Source of the DNA: an uncultured Myxococcales bacterium
GTDB taxonomy: Bacteria > Myxococcota_A > UBA9042
Assembly: GCA_903840165.1 (NCBI GenBank)
Contig: CAIMEY010000002.1
Location: 56,949 to 120,948, forward strand
Direction of reading: 5' to 3'
DNA: 64,000 nucleotides
Part shown: piece by piece, positions 60,080-64,000 of the stretch
How positions within the stretch are numbered: the first letter of the stretch is position 1
Layout: each line of letters starts with the position of its first letter
Program-made: the position numbers and the translations under genes
Notes under the pieces: model-generated
What the model was told of the DNA's origin: nothing
The model's input: the letters and a program-made list of their open reading frames with translations, nothing else
Database searches by the model: none

Positions 60080-61014
60080 ACCGTTCACGGTCAAGGTTAA
60101 GTCGATGCCGTTCGGCAACTTCACCCAGGCCGACGTAGCCGCGCTGTACGGTCAGCACACGGCGGAGACTGGGCAGGAATTTACCCTAGAAGCCATAGCC
60201 TTAGCCTGCGAACTGACCCAAGGTCAACCATGCTGGTCAACGCCTTGGCGTATTAAGCGTTGCGCGAGCTCAACGTGGCGGGGCGCATCGAAGTCGAGCA
60301 CATCGCCAGTGCCAAAGAGCGGTTGATCCTTAGTCGCAGCGCGCACTTAGATAGCCTTGCCGATAAGCTCAATGAGCCCCGTGTGCGTTCGGTGATTGCG
60401 CCGATGCTGGCGGGCGAAGTCGCTGACCCGCCGGGCCCGGCCGATGTTGACTACTGCGTGGACCTGGGCCTTGTCCGGCGGTCCCAGCAGGGCACGGAGA
60501 TTGCCAATCCCATCTATCGTGAAGTTTTGCCACGGGAATTGGCGATTGGTGCAGTTGACTCGATGCCGCAGACCGACCGCATGAACAGCAAGCGTCGCTG
60601 GGATCTGCCAGAAGGTCGGCTGGATCTGCATGGATTGCTTGAGACTTTTGTCGATTTCTGGAAACAGCACGGCGAATGGATGCTGCGCAGGCAGGTCTGG
60701 CCCGAATCTGCGCAACAGATTGTTCTGATGGCATTTTTGCAGCGTCTGGTCAACGGCGGCGGCTACATTGAGTGCCAGTATGGCCTGGGTCGCAAGCGTT
60801 TAGACCTGTTGATTCGATAGTTTACGTCCGTGGACGCCACTGGTTTGCCTTTGGGCGAGGACCGCCAGCGCTAGAGCTCAAAGTCTGGCGGGACGGGCAA
60901 AAAGACCTTCTGGTCAAGGGTTTAGAACAGATGGACGGCTACTTGGAACGACTCGGGCTGGCCACAGGGACGCTGATTCTGATTGACGCCTGCAGCGCTG
61001 CTCCAGTCGCTTGA
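60080..61014 (+). pseudogene. degraded ATP-binding (AAA-like) protein with C-terminal PD-(D/E)XK-like domain
   Basis: Family motifs (PFTVKVKS, NFT-ADV-ALY-QHT-ETGQ, TQGQP[W]LVNALA, HLDSL-DKL-EPRV, IANPIY-EV-PREL, FLQR-VNGGG, GR-RLDL, ELKVWR, GL-Q-D-YL-RLGL) are split by a frameshift near 60230 and an in-frame TAG at 60818-60820; no Walker A region or start is visible. Confidence 0.8.
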
Positions 61015-61294
61015 CCCCGGACCTGCACCTGCCGCACGTATCGCTAAGCCCAAGCGTAAACATCAGTCGAAGCCCAGCGCCCTCCGATGTCCTCAACACC
61101 TTATGCTATGTACGCCCACGACGCTGTCCGTCGTCATGATAGCCCGCCAATTCATCGGCTGGGCATCGGGTCGTGGCCACGATGCTAGCAGCGCTGCGTC
61201 GTGGCCTGACCGCCCAGCCGGCCCTCGAAGCAGTAAATCCAACGCCTTACCAGGCACTACCTAGCTCGTCCCGACACACCCTGAACCAACCCTT

Positions 61295-61391
61295 TGGCGG
61301 AAGTGCAGGAGAATCGAACTCCCCCGAGACACTCGTCGCGCCTCGCACCGGTTTTGAAGACCGGGGGGCTCACCTGGGCCCACGCACCTCC
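61295..61391 (-). tRNA. selC: tRNA-Sec (anticodon UCA)
   Basis: 8-bp acceptor stem GGAGGTGC/GCACTTCC, G discriminator and encoded CCA, 6-bp D-stem (one mismatch) with 4-nt loop, CT-TCA-AA anticodon loop, 8-bp variable arm, GTTCGATT T-loop; 97 nt. Confidence 0.95.
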
Positions 61392-61398
61392 ACAGCTG

Positions 61399-61427
61399 TG
61401 ACTACGCCGCCTGCAGCGCGCCGTCAA
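61399..61427 (-). promoter_or_regulatory. possible sigma70-type promoter of selC
   Basis: TTGACG-17 nt-TAGTCA ending 7 nt upstream of the tRNA 5' end; the -10 box is weak. Confidence 0.4.
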
Positions 61428-61475
61428 GTCGGCTCGATAAATCCCTACAATATCGAAGTGTTTTGGTGCGCCGCC

Positions 61476-64000
61476 TCAGTTCGCGCAGCACATCACGCCC
61501 AGAATCCAGCTGAAGTCCGCCGTGGTCGGCCGCACGCAGGTCTGATTGGCTGAATCGATGCGGTAATTGCCGCTGATGCACGAGGTGCCGTAGTTCGTGA
61601 TCTTGCCCTGGCAACTTGCGCCGATGCCCGCCATGTCATTGGTATCTTGGGTATTGGTGCACGCGTGGCAGCCGCCGTTGTCATTGGCCGCATTGATCGA
61701 CCAGCAGCCCGGCTGGAAGGCATCGGCCTGCGCGACGCTCACCAGCAACGCTTGGTCGGCCGCGGAAGAGTTGCAGACGTGGAACGCCAATCCGCACAAC
61801 TTGTTGGGCGCAAAGCTGCCCGACGTCGAGCCAATGGACCCCTGCCACGCGCCGTTGCACTGGGCGATCTTCGGGTATTTCGTTTTGTTCATCGTGCCTT
61901 CGCGCGTGCCGTCGGCGCAGGCGGTGTCCTCCACTTGGCAAATGCTCGAGCAGCCGTCGCCATTGGCAGTGTTGCCGTCGTCGCACTGTTCGCCCAGCAA
62001 GGCCGTGACGATGCCGTCGCCGCAGACGCCCAACTTGCATACGTCGGTGAAGCAGTAGTTCGTCGGCCCGCACGAAGTCTTGTCCAACTGGCTGACGTGC
62101 TGACAACCCGTGACATTGTTGCAGGAATCGATGGTGCAGGGGTTGCCGTCGTCGCAGTTTAGTGCAGCGGGCGCGCAGACTCCGCCAGCGCAGACGTCTG
62201 GGCCGGTGCACGCGTTGCCGTCATTGCACGGCGCGTTGTTGGCTGAGTGGGCGCAACCCGTTATAGGATTGCAGGAATCGCTGGTGCAGAGGTTCGCGTC
62301 ATCGCAGTTGAGCGCTCCGCCAGCTTTGCACGTCCCACTGTTGCAGGCGTCGCCAACGGTGCAGACGCTGCCATCGGCGTCGCAGCCCGCGCCGTTCATC
62401 GCTGGGCCATTGAATACACAGGCTCCCGTGAGCGTGTTGCAACTATCGGCTGTGCAAAGGTTATTGTCGCTGCACACCGTCGCCGCGCCGGACGTGCAGG
62501 CTCCGGCCGTGCATTGGTCGCCGACTGTGCAGGCATTGCCATCGCTGCACGCGAGGTTGTTATTGCTGTGCTTGCAACCCGCAACAGGGTCACAGGAATC
62601 ATTGGTGCAGGCGTTGTTGTCGTTGCAGTTCAGTACCGGGCCAGGCACGCAGTTGCCCGCCGTGCACTTGTCGGTCGTGGTGCAAACACTGCCGTCGGCA
62701 TCGCAGGAACCGGCCTCATTGATGTTGTTGTACAGGCACTTGCCTGTGGCCGGTACGCATTGGTTGACCTTGCAACTGCTGTCCGCCGATGGGTCGCACG
62801 TGACGACGGTCGCCGGATTGACCTTGCACGTGTAGGGCAGCTTGGACTTGTCGCAGAACAGCGTGCCATTGCAGAAGTTTCCGTCTTCTTGGCCAGCGCA
62901 ATCACTGGTCTGCGTGCACGAACAGGTATTGGTCCCGGACTTGCACGCGCCGGCCGCGCAGACGTCGCCGACGGTGCAGCCATTGCCGTCATCGCAAGAT
63001 GCGGTGTTGTTGGTGTAGGTGCAACCCGCTACTTTGTCACAGGAATCAGTCGTGCATGGATTGCCGTCATTGCACAGCGTCGCCGGTGCCACCACGGTGC
63101 CGATGCAGTTGCCGCCCGTGCAGGTGTCGCTGCTGCTGCAGGCGTTGCCGTCGTCGCAGGGCAGGGCGTTGGCTACGTGGACGCAGCCGGTGCTGATGTT
63201 GCAGGAGTCGCTAGTGCACAAGTTACTGTCATCGCAAGCGATTGCGCTGCCCGCACACAACTTCGCCGCGCACTTGTCGCCGCCGGTGCAGGCGTTGCCG
63301 TCATCGCAGATGTTGCTGTTGGCACTGTTGACGCAGCCCGCAACAGCATCGCAACTATCGGAAGTGCAAGGATTTCCGTCGTTGCAACTCTTGGGCGCTG
63401 TGCCGCTGCAGGCGCCCGCCGTGCACACGTCGCCCGTGGTGCAGGCGTTGCCGTCGTCGCACGGTAAGTTGTTGGCGCTGTGCGTGCAGCCGCTGCCAGC
63501 GTTGCAGGCGTCGTTGGTGCAAGCATTGCCATCGTCACAGGAAATCGCCTTGCCCGCGCAGACACCGCCGCCGCACAGGTCTGCAGAGGTGCAGGCGTTG
63601 CCATCGTCGCAGGAGGCGCTGTTGTTGGTGTTGACGCACGCGCCACTGCCGCTGCTGCAACTATCGGTTGTGCAAGGGTTACTGTCATTGCAGTTCTTGG
63701 CGCTGCCAGACGTGCAGGCCCCTAGCGCACAGACGTCGCCAAGCGTGCACGCGTTGCCGTCGCTGCAGGGCGAAGCATTATTCACGTGCGTGCAACCGGT
63801 CTTAGGATCACAGGAATCGTCGGTGCAGGCGTTGCTGTCATCGCAGTTGACCACGGGGCCGGGCAGGCACACGCCGGACTTGCAGGCGTCGCCCACGGAG
63901 CAGACCGAGTTGTCGGCATTACAGCCAACTCCCTCATTTTGTGAGACATAGCTGCAGATGCCCGAGGCAATCGCGCAGGTATTCTTGGTGCAGACGCCAT
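61476..64000 (-). CDS. large Cys-rich repeat protein (CxDGNxCTxDxC repeats; myxobacterial cysteine-rich/DUF4215-like repeat), 5' end beyond window
   Basis: Many C(D/N)D(G/S)N(A/P)CT-x-D-x-C repeats; CGDG...EQCDDGNTANGDGCSSIC; the frame stays open from 63896 to the window edge. Confidence 0.9.
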   Translation of the reverse strand, partial: GVCTKNTCAIASGICSYVSQNEGVGCNADNSVCSVGDACKSGVCLPGPVVNCDDSNACTDDSCDPKTGCTHVNNASPCSDGNACTLGDVCALGACTSGSAKNCNDSNPCTTDSCSSGSGACVNTNNSASCDDGNACTSADLCGGGVCAGKAISCDDGNACTNDACNAGSGCTHSANNLPCDDGNACTTGDVCTAGACSGTAPKSCNDGNPCTSDSCDAVAGCVNSANSNICDDGNACTGGDKCAAKLCAGSAIACDDSNLCTSDSCNISTGCVHVANALPCDDGNACSSSDTCTGGNCIGTVVAPATLCNDGNPCTTDSCDKVAGCTYTNNTASCDDGNGCTVGDVCAAGACKSGTNTCSCTQTSDCAGQEDGNFCNGTLFCDKSKLPYTCKVNPATVVTCDPSADSSCKVNQCVPATGKCLYNNINEAGSCDADGSVCTTTDKCTAGNCVPGPVLNCNDNNACTNDSCDPVAGCKHSNNNLACSDGNACTVGDQCTAGACTSGAATVCSDNNLCTADSCNTLTGACVFNGPAMNGAGCDADGSVCTVGDACNSGTCKAGGALNCDDANLCTSDSCNPITGCAHSANNAPCNDGNACTGPDVCAGGVCAPAALNCDDGNPCTIDSCNNVTGCQHVSQLDKTSCGPTNYCFTDVCKLGVCGDGIVTALLGEQCDDGNTANGDGCSSICQVEDTACADGTREGTMNKTKYPKIAQCNGAWQGSIGSTSGSFAPNKLCGLAFHVCNSSAADQALLVSVAQADAFQPGCWSINAANDNGGCHACTNTQDTNDMAGIGASCQGKITNYGTSCISGNYRIDSANQTCVRPTTADFSWILGVMCCAN

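Noticed and set aside
59900-61295. Intact integrative element at selC
   Set aside because: No integrase, transposase or att duplication was seen.
1-64000. Selenoprotein (UGA read-through) candidates prompted by tRNA-Sec
   Set aside because: The TGA stops I inspected fall at natural C-termini or ATGA overlaps, with no continued homology or evident SECIS. The check was by eye, not exhaustive.
61476-64000. DNA repeats as CRISPR or tandem array
   Set aside because: The repeats are degenerate at third codon positions and encode Cys-rich protein repeats; no identical repeats with spacers and no cas genes.

Overview
GC-rich bacterial DNA whose gene content (Cys-rich CxDGNxCTxDxC repeat proteins, D/A-rich lipoprotein tethers, zinc-ribbon/TPR and FHA proteins) looks Myxococcota-like; the taxonomy is an inference. 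All family calls come from motif recognition, not database searches. The left part holds a partial HIT gene, a small basic peptide, a large PKD/CARDB/PPC surface lipoprotein, an FHA + Ycf46-type AAA/DUF1257/DUF2997 module, an ABC pair, mreC-mreD, a DUF350/glutathionylspermidine-synthase-like/Gly-Ser-tail/DUF1517/PLP-lyase operon, a beta-propeller lipoprotein and aroA. The best candidate for an undescribed system is a co-directional cluster at about 33.2-46.7 kb. It begins at a consensus sigma54 promoter with upstream repeats. It encodes a chorismatase-like Rid protein, a hydrazine-synthase-alpha-like multiheme protein, a fused beta-propeller/di-heme-peroxidase-like (HZS beta-gamma-like) lipoprotein, two FGE-fold proteins lacking the catalytic cysteines, a DAHP synthase and its own System II cytochrome c maturation pair. 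The heme proteins carry atypical motifs (CX10CH, CX4CH twice, CXXCM). The right part holds a metallophosphoesterase, a 2-hydroxyacyl-CoA dehydratase activase fusion with a hairpin-rich leader, an enoyl-CoA hydratase, a TPR/lipoprotein pair, an EamA transporter, a CocE/NonD hydrolase, an ATPase/nuclease pseudogene, tRNA-Sec and a partial Cys-rich repeat protein.
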